From Kiritimatiellia bacterium (GTDB taxonomy: Bacteria > Verrucomicrobiota > Kiritimatiellia > RFP12 > JBMNHG01), in the NCBI GenBank assembly GCA_050950285.1, contig JBMNHG010000008.1:372001-436000 (forward strand): a stretch of 64,000 nt of DNA, given 5' to 3'. The position numbers and the translations under genes were made by a program. This document shows, one piece after another, positions 37,544-46,861 of this stretch. The notes under the pieces were generated by a model. It was given only the letters and a program-made list of their open reading frames with translations, did no database searches and was not told the origin of the DNA. Numbering within the stretch: the stretch's first letter is position 1; the number at the start of each line of letters is the position of its first letter.

Positions 37544-38215
37544 ATGACCCCCTTCCTCCTCCTCCTCTCCGCCGTCCTCGCCTACCTGCTGGGAGCGATT
37601 CCCTTCGGCTGGCTTGTCGCCCGTTCGCGCGGGGTCGACATCCGCTCGGTCGGGAGCCGGAACATCGGCGCCACGAATGTCTTCCGCTCCGTGGGCAAGG
37701 GCTGGGGCATCCTCACCTTCGCCCTCGACTTCCTCAAGGGCTGGGTGGCCTGCGCCTGGATCGTGCCGCTGGCGCTTTCCCTTGCCGGGCGCTTCGGCGC
37801 CGTCCCCGCCCTCTCCGGTTCGGCCCTTGCGGCGGCCAAGCTCCTGTGCGGCGTGATGGCGGTGGTGGGGCACAGCTTCCCGGTCTACCTCGGCTTCAAG
37901 GGCGGCAAGGGCGTGGCCACCGGAGCGGGGCTGCTGCTGGGCATTGCCCCGGCGGCCTGCGGGATCGCCTTCGCCGTGTGGCTGGCGGTCTTCCTGGCCG
38001 GGCGCTACGTGTCGCTCGCCTCGATCTCCGCCGCGCTCGCGCTCGCCGTCGTCGCCTGGCTCCTGCCCGCCTACCGCGCGGTGGGCTGGTGGCTCCCGGC
38101 CAGCCTCGCCGTGCTCGCCCTCCTCGTGGTGCTCCGCCACCACGCGAACATCGGCCGCTTGCTCCGAGGCACGGAATACCGCTTCGAGTTCGGACGCAAG
38201 CCGAAGGACGCATAG
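37544..38215 (+). CDS. plsY: Glycerol-3-phosphate acyltransferase PlsY
   Basis: YLLGAIPFG, GSRNIGATNVFR, DFLKG, GHSFPVYLGFKGGKGVAT, HHANIGRL. Confidence 0.96.
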   Translation: MTPFLLLLSAVLAYLLGAIPFGWLVARSRGVDIRSVGSRNIGATNVFRSVGKGWGILTFALDFLKGWVACAWIVPLALSLAGRFGAVPALSGSALAAAKLLCGVMAVVGHSFPVYLGFKGGKGVATGAGLLLGIAPAACGIAFAVWLAVFLAGRYVSLASISAALALAVVAWLLPAYRAVGWWLPASLAVLALLVVLRHHANIGRLLRGTEYRFEFGRKPKDA

Positions 38216-38236
38216 GCGGGGGCAAAGGGGTTTTCC

Positions 38237-39235
38237 ATGAAGATCACGGTACTGGGCGATGGCGGATGGGGCACGGCGCTGGCCTTGCTCCTGCACGGCT
38301 ATGGCCATGCGACGACCCTCTGGGGCGCCTTCCCCGCCTACCTCGAGGAGATCCGCCGCGCCGGCGAGAACGTCAAATTCCTCCCCGGCGTGCCCATCCC
38401 CGGAACCCTGCGCCTCGAGGGGGATCCCGCCGCCGCCGTGCGCGGGGCGGAGCTGGTGGTGGTGGCCGCCCCGTCGAAGTTCTACCGCTCCGTCTGCGAA
38501 CGCTTCGCGGGGGCGCTGCCGAGCGGCGTGCCGCTGGCGAGCGTGACCAAGGGCCTCTGCGAAGGCCCCCGCCACCGCATGAGCGAGATCGCCCGCGAGG
38601 TCCTGGGCCCGCGCCGCGTGGCCGTCCTCTCCGGCCCGAGCCACGCCGAGGAGGTCGCCCGGCGGATCCCCACCGCCGTGGTGTGCGCCTCGGACGACGA
38701 AGGGACCGCCGCCCTCGTGCAGGAGGTCTTCAACGGCCCCCGCTTCCGCGTGTACGCCTCGGACGACCCCGTCGGCGTGGAGCTGGGCGGCGCCGTGAAG
38801 AACGTCGTCGCCGTGGCCGTGGGCGCGAGCGACGGCCTGGGCTTCGGCGACAACACCCGGGCGGCGCTCGTCACCCGCGGCGTCGCGGAGATGGCCCGCC
38901 TGGGCGTGGCCATGGGCGCCCGCCCCGAAACCTTCGCCGGCCTCAGCGGCCTGGGCGACCTCGTCGTCACCTGCACCAGCCGCCACAGCCGCAACCGCTC
39001 CGTGGGCGAGCGCCTGGCCCGCGGCGAACGCCTCCCCGACATCCTCTCCGGCATGGCCATGGTCGCCGAAGGCGTGGACAACTGCCGCGTCGTCTGCGGC
39101 CTCGCCGCCCGCTTCGGCGTGGAGATGCCCATCTCCGAAGCGGTGCGCGGCGTCTGCTTCGACGGCCTCCCCGCGCAGGACGCCGTGGAGACCCTGATGG
39201 GCCGAAGCCTCAAACCCGAAACCTGGGGCGCCTGA
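38237..39235 (+). CDS. gpsA: NAD(P)H-dependent glycerol-3-phosphate dehydrogenase
   Basis: GDGGWGTAL, SGPSHAEEV, GVELGGAVKNV, GLGDLVVTCTSRHSRN. Confidence 0.96.
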   Translation: MKITVLGDGGWGTALALLLHGYGHATTLWGAFPAYLEEIRRAGENVKFLPGVPIPGTLRLEGDPAAAVRGAELVVVAAPSKFYRSVCERFAGALPSGVPLASVTKGLCEGPRHRMSEIAREVLGPRRVAVLSGPSHAEEVARRIPTAVVCASDDEGTAALVQEVFNGPRFRVYASDDPVGVELGGAVKNVVAVAVGASDGLGFGDNTRAALVTRGVAEMARLGVAMGARPETFAGLSGLGDLVVTCTSRHSRNRSVGERLARGERLPDILSGMAMVAEGVDNCRVVCGLAARFGVEMPISEAVRGVCFDGLPAQDAVETLMGRSLKPETWGA

Positions 39236-39266
39236 CCGCGCCCGCACCCCGCGAGGACTCCGTGCG

Positions 39267-39674
39267 ATGGAAGAAGAAGACCAGACATTCCAGCAAGCCA
39301 TCGAGGCGCTCGCCCGAAAGGACGGCCGCTACGACCCCGACGCCTACTACTTCCTCCGCGAGTCGCTCGACGCCACCTATCGCGACCTCTCCGAGAAGGC
39401 CGGGAGCCCCGTCTTCCGCCACGTCTCCGCCGCCGAACTGCTCGACGGCTTCCGGAAGCTCGCCCTCGACGAGTTCGGACCCCTCGCCCTCCTCGTGCTG
39501 GAAACCTGGGGCATCGCCCGCACGCAGGACATCGGGAGGATGGTCTTCAACCTGATCTCCGCAGGCGTCTTCGGCAAGGACGAGGACGACAGGCTTTCGG
39601 ACTTCGACGACGTCTTCGACTTCCACGAGGCCTTCGCGCTCCCCTACGAGGTCCCGGAGACCCCGGAGAGCTGA
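39267..39674 (+). CDS. Verrucomicrobia/Planctomycetes-restricted conserved protein (TIGR04138/Minf_1886-like)
   Basis: RYDPDAYYFLRE, HVSAAELL, EFGPLA..VL..WGI..T.DIG.MVFNL. Confidence 0.85.
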   Translation: MEEEDQTFQQAIEALARKDGRYDPDAYYFLRESLDATYRDLSEKAGSPVFRHVSAAELLDGFRKLALDEFGPLALLVLETWGIARTQDIGRMVFNLISAGVFGKDEDDRLSDFDDVFDFHEAFALPYEVPETPES

Positions 39675-39690
39675 GAGGGGACGGCCTGGC

Positions 39691-41919
39691 ATGGACGTCG
39701 GCGTGATCTTCGAGCATGCGGTCCCCGCGGGGATCCTGTGGCTGGGGTGGGGGGTGGCGGTGGCCCTCGTCGCCCTCTCGGCCTGGCGGCACCTGCGCCG
39801 CGAGCGCACGGGACCGTGGCTCCTGCTCCTCCGCCTCCTTTTCCTGCTGCTGCTGGGCTGGACGATGGCCCTGCCTTCGCGGCGCGCCGCGATTTCCGAG
39901 AAGATCAGCCCCCGCTTCCTCGTCCTGCTCGACACCTCCGCCAGCATGGCCCGCGGCATGGAGGACGGCCTCGCCGCGACCAACCGCTGGGGCGTCGCCA
40001 TGGCGATGCTCGGGGAAGGGTGGGGCGAGGCCGTCGCCGCCGCCGGGTGCGACGTCTCGCTCGCCGCCTTCTCCGCCGGCCTGTCCGACGCCCGGCCCCT
40101 CGCGCCGGGCGCCGCCGGCGCCTTCCAGCCCGACGGCGGCTCCACCCGCCTCCTCGACGCCCTCGACGCCCTCTTCGCCCGCCACCGCGGGCAGGACATC
40201 GCCGGCGTGCTCCTGCTCAGCGACGGCCTCGACTCCTCCTCCCCCGCGCCCGGATGGACCGCATCCCGCACGTGGCCCGCGCCCGTCCACACCGTCGTCC
40301 TCGGCGTCGACGCCCCGCGCGAAATCCAGCCCGACGTGCGCGTCGAAGCCATCGACACCCCGCGGCGCGCCGTGGTGGGGTGGGAGACCCGCCTCTCCGC
40401 CACCGTGGCCGGCCGCGCGGACGGCGGCGAGCCCTTCGTGGTGCGCCTCCTGCGCGACGGCGCGCTCGTCGGGGAGGCCCCCGCACGGCTCCCGGAGGAA
40501 GGCGGCAGCCAGGAACTCTCCTTCCAGCTCCCCCACGACGCCATCGGCACCGAGACCTGGCGCGTGGAGATCCCCCCGCTCCCCCGCGAGTCCGCAACCA
40601 ACGACAACGCCCTCGCCGTCGCCGTCGAGGTGGTCGACGCCCGGAACCGCCTGCTCTACCTCGAGGGCGTCCCCCGCTGGGAAAGCAAGTACCTCAACCG
40701 CGAACTCCTCGCGAACAAGGACATCACCCCCCTCTGCTTCATCCGCGGCCCCGGCGGCGAATTCCTCTCCCACACGCAGTCCGCCGGCGCCGGCGAGCTC
40801 GACCTCACCGACACCCAGCTCGCCCGCTACAAGATCGTGATCCTGGGCGACCTCGATGCCGCCGCCCTCGGCCCCGCCCGCGCCGAAGCCCTTCGCGCCT
40901 TCGTCGAGCGGGGCGGCTCGCTGGTGCTCCTCGGCGGCCCCAAGACCCTCGGCCCCGGCGGCCTCTCCACCTCGCCGCTCTCCGCCCTCATGCCCTTCTC
41001 CCGGAGCCCCTCGCCGCCCGTCGAAGGGAAGTTCCCCGCCCGCTGGAGCGCCGACGGCCTCGCCCATCCCGCCCTCGCCGGCGCCGGCGAATCCCTCCCC
41101 GCCGACGTCCCGCCCGTCCTCTCCGTCTACGCCGACGCCGCGCCGGGCGCCGCCTCCCTCACGCTGGCGGAGGCCGAAACCCCCGCCGGATGGCAGCCGC
41201 TCGTCGTCACGCGACCCTACGGCCAGGGAAAGGTCGTGGCGCTCCTCACCGACTCCCTCTGGCGCTGGCGCCTCGAACCCGGCTCCCGCGAAGCCTACTC
41301 TTTCCTCTGGAAACGCCTCGTCGAATGGCTCTCCCCCGAAGCCTCCGCGCCCGGCGGACACTCCGTCGAACTCCTCGGCGCGGCGCGCCGCGTCGAGGCC
41401 GGCGAGGAGATCGAACTCACCGCGCGCATCCTCATGGCCGACGGCTCCACGCCTCCCCCCGGCCTCCGCGTGGAATGCGGGATGCGCCTCGCCGACGGCC
41501 GCGAAACGCCCCTCGCGATGGAACCCTCCGTCGTCCGCGCGGCGGGCCGCGAATTCCCCGGCTTCCTGCTCCGCTTCACCCCGCCCGTCGCCGGCGGCTA
41601 CCGCGCCATCGCCCGCGTCGAGATCGCCGGCGAAACCGTCTCCTCCCCCCCGCTGCTCTTCCACGCCCGCGAAGCCGCCAGCGAAACCGCCCCCCTGCCC
41701 ATCGACCTCGAAACCCTCCGCGCCATCTCCCGCGCCAGCGGCGGACGCCACGGCTCCCCGGAGGAAATCGCCGACGCCCTCCGCAGCGACCGCTACGAGG
41801 CCCGCCGCCTCACCCGCGTGCAATACTCCTCCCTCTGGCAGAAACCCGCCCTCCTCGCCCTCCTGCTCCTCCTCCTCGCCACCGAGTGGATCGCCCGCAA
41901 ACTCCGCGGCCTCGCATGA
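39691..41919 (+). CDS. Membrane protein with VWA domain and glutamine-amidotransferase-like domain
   Basis: LLDTSASM MIDAS, LLSDG, LLYLEGVPRWESKYL, FVERGGSLVLLGG, YGQGKV..WRW, C-terminal EWIARK. Confidence 0.82.
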   Translation: MDVGVIFEHAVPAGILWLGWGVAVALVALSAWRHLRRERTGPWLLLLRLLFLLLLGWTMALPSRRAAISEKISPRFLVLLDTSASMARGMEDGLAATNRWGVAMAMLGEGWGEAVAAAGCDVSLAAFSAGLSDARPLAPGAAGAFQPDGGSTRLLDALDALFARHRGQDIAGVLLLSDGLDSSSPAPGWTASRTWPAPVHTVVLGVDAPREIQPDVRVEAIDTPRRAVVGWETRLSATVAGRADGGEPFVVRLLRDGALVGEAPARLPEEGGSQELSFQLPHDAIGTETWRVEIPPLPRESATNDNALAVAVEVVDARNRLLYLEGVPRWESKYLNRELLANKDITPLCFIRGPGGEFLSHTQSAGAGELDLTDTQLARYKIVILGDLDAAALGPARAEALRAFVERGGSLVLLGGPKTLGPGGLSTSPLSALMPFSRSPSPPVEGKFPARWSADGLAHPALAGAGESLPADVPPVLSVYADAAPGAASLTLAEAETPAGWQPLVVTRPYGQGKVVALLTDSLWRWRLEPGSREAYSFLWKRLVEWLSPEASAPGGHSVELLGAARRVEAGEEIELTARILMADGSTPPPGLRVECGMRLADGRETPLAMEPSVVRAAGREFPGFLLRFTPPVAGGYRAIARVEIAGETVSSPPLLFHAREAASETAPLPIDLETLRAISRASGGRHGSPEEIADALRSDRYEARRLTRVQYSSLWQKPALLALLLLLLATEWIARKLRGLA

Positions 41920-42270
41920 CCGGATTGACCGGATTGACCCGATTGACCCGATTGACACCCGCCGCCCGTCGCCCTCCCTGGGGACCGCCGTCCCCGGCGG
42001 GCCTCGCCCGGCGCGGGATCGCGGCACGCCGCGCCAGCGTGTGACCGGATTGACCGGATTGACCCGATTGACACCCGCCGCCTGGGGACCGCCGTCCCCG
42101 GCGGGCTCGCCCGGCGCGGGATCGCGGCACGCCGCGCCAGCGTGTGACCGGATTGACCGGATTGACCCGATTGACACCCGCCACCTGGGACCGCCGTCCC
42201 CGGCGGGCACGTGTCTCTCGTCTCTCGTCTCTTGCCCTCCCCCCCTCCGTCGCCCGTCGCCCGTCGCGCC
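41917..42270 (+). repeat. Composite intergenic repeat: three 9-mer arrays, three hairpin 25-mers, 7-mer runs
   Basis: Arrays at 41917, 42043, 42145; hairpins at 41978, 42082, 42185; cgtctct and cgtcgcc 7-mers. Confidence 0.9.
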
Positions 42271-42325
42271 CTCGCGCCTCCAACTTTTGCTTCACCCCCC
42301 ATCCGTCCTGCGGTATGCTTGGGGC

Positions 42326-44401
42326 ATGAAACCATGGACCCTGGTGTTGTGCGTGTGGCTGGCCGCGGGCTTGGCCCGGGCCGCCGATGTGTTCGAGATG
42401 CCGCGCCTCTACCCGCGACACCAGCAGCTCGCGGGCGAGATGCGGCGGGCCATCCAGGCCCGCGACGCCGAGGCGATGGAGGTCGTCGCACGCGCCGGAA
42501 CCGCCCTCCTCCCCGAAGACCCCACCTGGCGCTACAACCTCGCCTGCGCCCTCAGCCTCCAAGGCAAGGCCGACGACGCCCTCGAGGTCCTCGAACGCGC
42601 CATCCGCCTGGGCTTCCACGACGTCGGGCAGATCGACGCCGACACCGACCTCGCCACCATCCACGCGAACCCCCGCTTCGACGAGCTGCTCGAACTCGCC
42701 GCCACCCTCGCCGCCGCCGCCGAGCCCGCCCACCGCCCCTTCCCCGTGAAGGACGGCCCCGCCACCGTCGACTCCACCAACAGCGTCTGGAACTACTCGC
42801 TCGGCCAGATCGACGTCTTCTTCGCCTACCCCACCAACGGCCTCCCGGCGGTCACCAACCCCGTCGTCAACGCCAGGGGCCCCGCCGGCGACGCCGTGCG
42901 CGCGTGGTTCGAGGAGGGCACCGCCTCCGGCAACCGCGGCGACCTCTACGACAACCGCGACCGCGACCACTCCCGCCCCGCCCTGAAGGACTTCCCCTGG
43001 CTCTCCTACACCCGCTACTCGGCGGAGGCCAAGGCGCGCGACATCCACGGCGACATCTCCGCCCCCCTCCTCTTCCACGGCCCCCGCGCCGTCGTCGGAA
43101 ACTCCTCCACCGCCCAGATGGAGGGCCCCTTCTGGCGCAGCAACGCGCGGGCCCTCATGAGCGATCCGCACCGCATGCAGCTCCTCTTCTACGCCTACTT
43201 CCGCAACCACCTCTACGTCTACCCCGCCGTCATCGACTTCGACGCCGCCAGGGCGGGCGACGCCTACCTCGCCAACACCCCCTACACCATCAACACCGTC
43301 GGCGCGTCGTGGAGCGACCGCCCCGTCGTCGAGGCCTGCCTCCTCTCCCTGGCCGCCATGCGCCCCGAGGTCAAGGACCTCCTCTTCGAAAAGGGCCTCC
43401 TCGCGCCGACCCTCCAGTGGGCCTTCCGCTCCACCCAGAACTGCGTCACCAACCGCGAGGACTACCTCTCCGCCGCGGCCCATCCGCCCGCCTTCGGAAC
43501 CAACGCCCTCGACACCCTCCGCATGGTCACCCTCTGCCACGGCCTCACCACCAACTCCCTCCCCCCCGTCGTCCTGCTCGAAGTCGTCGAGGAGACCCTC
43601 CCCCGCCCCGCCCCCGACACCGTCGACCACCTCGTCCTGCCCGAAGTCCTCTTCACCACCCCCCAGGCCATCGCCCGCATCGCCCGCTCCACCGATTGCC
43701 GCCGCCGCATGGTCGTCAGCGCCGCCCCCAGCCAGGAACTCTGCGGCAGGCCGCTCCGCTGGCACTGGAAGCTCCTCCGCGGCGACCCCGCGAAAACCAC
43801 CATCACCCCCCTCGACGGGGCGGGCTCCCGCGCCGAAATCCTCGTCGACTACCAGCCCCGCGCGCCCATCGCACCCGGCTCCGACCTGCTCGGATGCCGC
43901 GTCGACATCGGCGTCTTCGCCGACAACGGCGAGCGCTTCTCCGCCCCCGCCTTCATCTCCGTCTGCTTCGCCGCCAACGAAATCCGCGCCTACTCCGCCG
44001 ACGGCCGCATCCTCTCCATCGACGGCGAAACCCTCGCCGGCACCTACGCCGACCCCTTCGTCTTCCCGGTCCGCCGATGGATCGACATCTACCACTACGA
44101 CTCCAAGGACCGCCTCGTCGGCTGGACCCGCACCCGCAACGGCGAAAGCGAAGCCTTCGCCTGGAACGGCGCCCTCGTCGAAACCACCGACGACGTCGGC
44201 CGCCCCCTCGCCGCCCGAGGCGTCCGGTACCGCTTCGTCCAAGGCCCCGAAGGCGTCCCCGAACTCGCCTATGAACCCGCCCCCGTGCGCATCGCCTTCG
44301 CCTACGATGCCCCCGGCGACCGCATCGGCCGCATCGTCCGCCGCGAACGTCTCCCCGACGCCCCCCCGGCGGAGCCCGCCGAAGGCCCGACGGGCGAATA
44401 G
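42326..44401 (+). CDS. Secreted protein with N-terminal TPR and a large uncharacterised domain
   Basis: Signal peptide MKPWTLVLCVWLAAGLARA; YNLACALSLQG..ALEVLERAIRLGF..D.DL TPR. Confidence 0.8.
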   Translation: MKPWTLVLCVWLAAGLARAADVFEMPRLYPRHQQLAGEMRRAIQARDAEAMEVVARAGTALLPEDPTWRYNLACALSLQGKADDALEVLERAIRLGFHDVGQIDADTDLATIHANPRFDELLELAATLAAAAEPAHRPFPVKDGPATVDSTNSVWNYSLGQIDVFFAYPTNGLPAVTNPVVNARGPAGDAVRAWFEEGTASGNRGDLYDNRDRDHSRPALKDFPWLSYTRYSAEAKARDIHGDISAPLLFHGPRAVVGNSSTAQMEGPFWRSNARALMSDPHRMQLLFYAYFRNHLYVYPAVIDFDAARAGDAYLANTPYTINTVGASWSDRPVVEACLLSLAAMRPEVKDLLFEKGLLAPTLQWAFRSTQNCVTNREDYLSAAAHPPAFGTNALDTLRMVTLCHGLTTNSLPPVVLLEVVEETLPRPAPDTVDHLVLPEVLFTTPQAIARIARSTDCRRRMVVSAAPSQELCGRPLRWHWKLLRGDPAKTTITPLDGAGSRAEILVDYQPRAPIAPGSDLLGCRVDIGVFADNGERFSAPAFISVCFAANEIRAYSADGRILSIDGETLAGTYADPFVFPVRRWIDIYHYDSKDRLVGWTRTRNGESEAFAWNGALVETTDDVGRPLAARGVRYRFVQGPEGVPELAYEPAPVRIAFAYDAPGDRIGRIVRRERLPDAPPAEPAEGPTGE

Positions 44402-44452
44402 CCCCCACGCCGCGGCCGCAGGCCTCCGCCGCGGCCGGGAGACGACCGCATC

Positions 44453-46026
44453 ATGAACCCCGCCCTCCGACGCCGCCTCTTCGTACCCCTGCTCGCCCTC
44501 GCCGCCGCCCTCGCCGCCGCCGACGCCCCCGACACCCCCGACGCCGTCCGCGCCGAGCGGCGCGCCGCGATCGAGAAGGACTACGCCGACACCCGCCTGC
44601 GCGCCGCCGAACACGCCCTCGAACAGGCCCGCCTCATGCAGGCCAAGGCCCGGAAGTCCGGAAACGTCACCGCCCAGGCCGTCGCGCGCACCGCCGTCCG
44701 CATCGCCACCGACGCCCGGGACGCCCTGGCCAGGGGCGCCGAACCCGCCCTCCCGGAGACCGTCCGCCGCGAACTCGCCGACTGGGCCGCCGAACTCCGC
44801 CGGCGCCTCGACTCCGCCGCCGACACCCGCGACGCCGCCCTCGCCGCCCTCGGGCCGGACCCGGGTCGGACGGGTCGGACAAGTCGGACAGGTCGGACGG
44901 GTCGGACAGGTCGGACAAGTCGGACAGGTCGGACAGGTCGGACGGGTCGGACCCGTCGGACCCGTCGGACCCGTCGGACTCGTCGGACGCCCCCGCCACG
45001 GCCTCCGGCGAAGCTGCCGCCTGGACGCCCCTGGCCCACGTCTCGATCGTCGTCTCCGCCCTCGACGTGCTGGACATCCCCGTCGCAGGCGCCGCCAAGC
45101 CCGCCCGGATCGCGGGCGGCAACCCCGCCGCCGGACAGGAGCATGCCATCGAATGGAAGCCCGTCCACGAGCTCGTCGTGGGCGATACCCTCCCCGTCTT
45201 CCGCGCCGTCCCCGAAGGCGACCGCCCCGTCGACGTCGTCGCCTGGCCCTCCCCCCGCAACGGCTGGACCCTCGAACTCCGCGCCCGCCCCGGCCCCGAC
45301 CCCGCCCGGCCCCTCCGCTTCCGCCTCGACGTCGCCGACGGCACCGCCCACCTCCGCCCCCTCGACGGAGCCGAGGCCGCCGACCCCGCCGAAGCCGCCC
45401 CCGCCATCCCGGTGCGCTTCGAAAGCGACCCGCCGGGCGCGACGGTCCTCCTCGACGGCGCCCTCCTGTCGGAACGGGGGCGCGCCCTGCGCACCCCCTT
45501 CGACGCCTCGATCCCGCCGGACGAAATCCGCGAAGTCCGCTTCCGCAAGCGCGGCTGCCTCGACTCCGCCTACCGCGGCGTCACCCCGCGCCCCGGCACC
45601 TTCCGCGCCACCCTCCGCCCCGACCCCGCCCACATCGACCGCACCCTCTCCATCCGCGCCAACCGACCCGGATGGCAGACCTCCCGGATCCCCCTCAAAA
45701 AGGGCGAAACGGTGATCCTCTCCGCCACCGGCGCCTGGCAGTGCGGCGGCGACACCCCCGTCGACGCCCTCGGATACCCCAACGACGACCGCTTCTTCGC
45801 CTTCTACCTCGACCCCAAGGCCTACCCCCGCATCGTCCCCGCCGAAAACTTCGGATGCCTCCTCGCCCGCATCGGGCCCGACGGCGAAATCGTCCCCTTC
45901 CGATCCCTCCGGATCCCCTTCACCGCCGACGCCGACGGCATCCTCGTCTTCGCCCCGAACGAGGCCCCCGAGACGCGCCGCGACAACCGCGGCACCCTCG
46001 ACGTCCGCGTCACCTCCGCCCCGTAA
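44453..46026 (+). pseudogene. Secreted PEGA-domain protein with frameshift near 44863 (probably sequencing error)
   Basis: Signal peptide and helical N-part in one frame; SD repeat, FESDPPGATVLLDG (PEGA) and C-terminal beta domain in the -1 frame; one extra G in ccgggtcg joins them. Confidence 0.7.
44866..44988 (+). repeat. TCGGACNNG 9-mer array (14 units, S-D-x)
   Basis: TCGGAC every 9 bp from 44866 to 44983. Confidence 0.92.
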
Positions 46027-46030
46027 CGCC

Positions 46031-46861
46031 ATGCCCCGCCCCCTCCCCGTCCTCCCCCGCGCCGTCTTCCACTCCCACACCTTCCGCTGCGGCCACGCCG
46101 AAGGCACCGTCGACGACCTCTGCCGGGCCGCCCTCGACGCCGCCATCCCCGTCCTCGGCGTCTCCGACCACGCCCCCTTCCCCGACAACCGCTTCCGCGA
46201 CTCGCGCATGGACTTCTCCGAAATCGAGGACTACTGCCGCGACGTCCGCGCCGCGCAAGGCGCCTACGCCGGCCGCCTCCGCGTCCTCCTCGGCTTCGAG
46301 GTGGACTACTTCCCCTCCATCGGGCCCGCCTTCTACGAAGACCTCTTCTTCGGCCGCCTCCGGGCCGACTACCTCCTCGCCGCCGTCCACTTCCTCGAAG
46401 GCGCCTCCCGCGACCTCGCCCTCTGGGGCAAGGGCATCGACTTCGGGCCCGACCAGGTCCGCCCCTACATCGACGCCCAGGTGAAGGCCCTCGAGACCGG
46501 CCTCTTCTCCTGCCTCGCCCACCCCGACATGTTCGCGTCGCGATGCCCGGCCTCGTCCCCCGCCATCGAGGCCGTCGTCCGCCCCCTCTTCGCCGCCGCC
46601 GCCGCCCTCGGCGTCCCCGTCGAGCTGAACGCCTACGGCCTCCGCAAGCCCCCCCTCGCCCTCCCCGACGGCTCCACCCGCCCCCTGTACCCCTGGCGCC
46701 CCTTCTGGGACCTCGCCGCCACCATCCCCGGCCTCCGCGTCCTCGCCGGACCCGACGCACACCGCCCACAGGACCTCTGGAGCAACATGCCCGAAGCCTT
46801 CGCATGGGCCGCGCAAAGCGGGATCGTCCCCGAAAACGCACCCCTCCCCCCCTCGCCATGA
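46031..46861 (+). CDS. PHP-family histidinol-phosphatase-like protein
   Basis: FHSHTFRCGHA, SDHAP, GFEVDY, LAHPD, ELNAYG, DAH. Confidence 0.88.
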   Translation: MPRPLPVLPRAVFHSHTFRCGHAEGTVDDLCRAALDAAIPVLGVSDHAPFPDNRFRDSRMDFSEIEDYCRDVRAAQGAYAGRLRVLLGFEVDYFPSIGPAFYEDLFFGRLRADYLLAAVHFLEGASRDLALWGKGIDFGPDQVRPYIDAQVKALETGLFSCLAHPDMFASRCPASSPAIEAVVRPLFAAAAALGVPVELNAYGLRKPPLALPDGSTRPLYPWRPFWDLAATIPGLRVLAGPDAHRPQDLWSNMPEAFAWAAQSGIVPENAPLPPSP

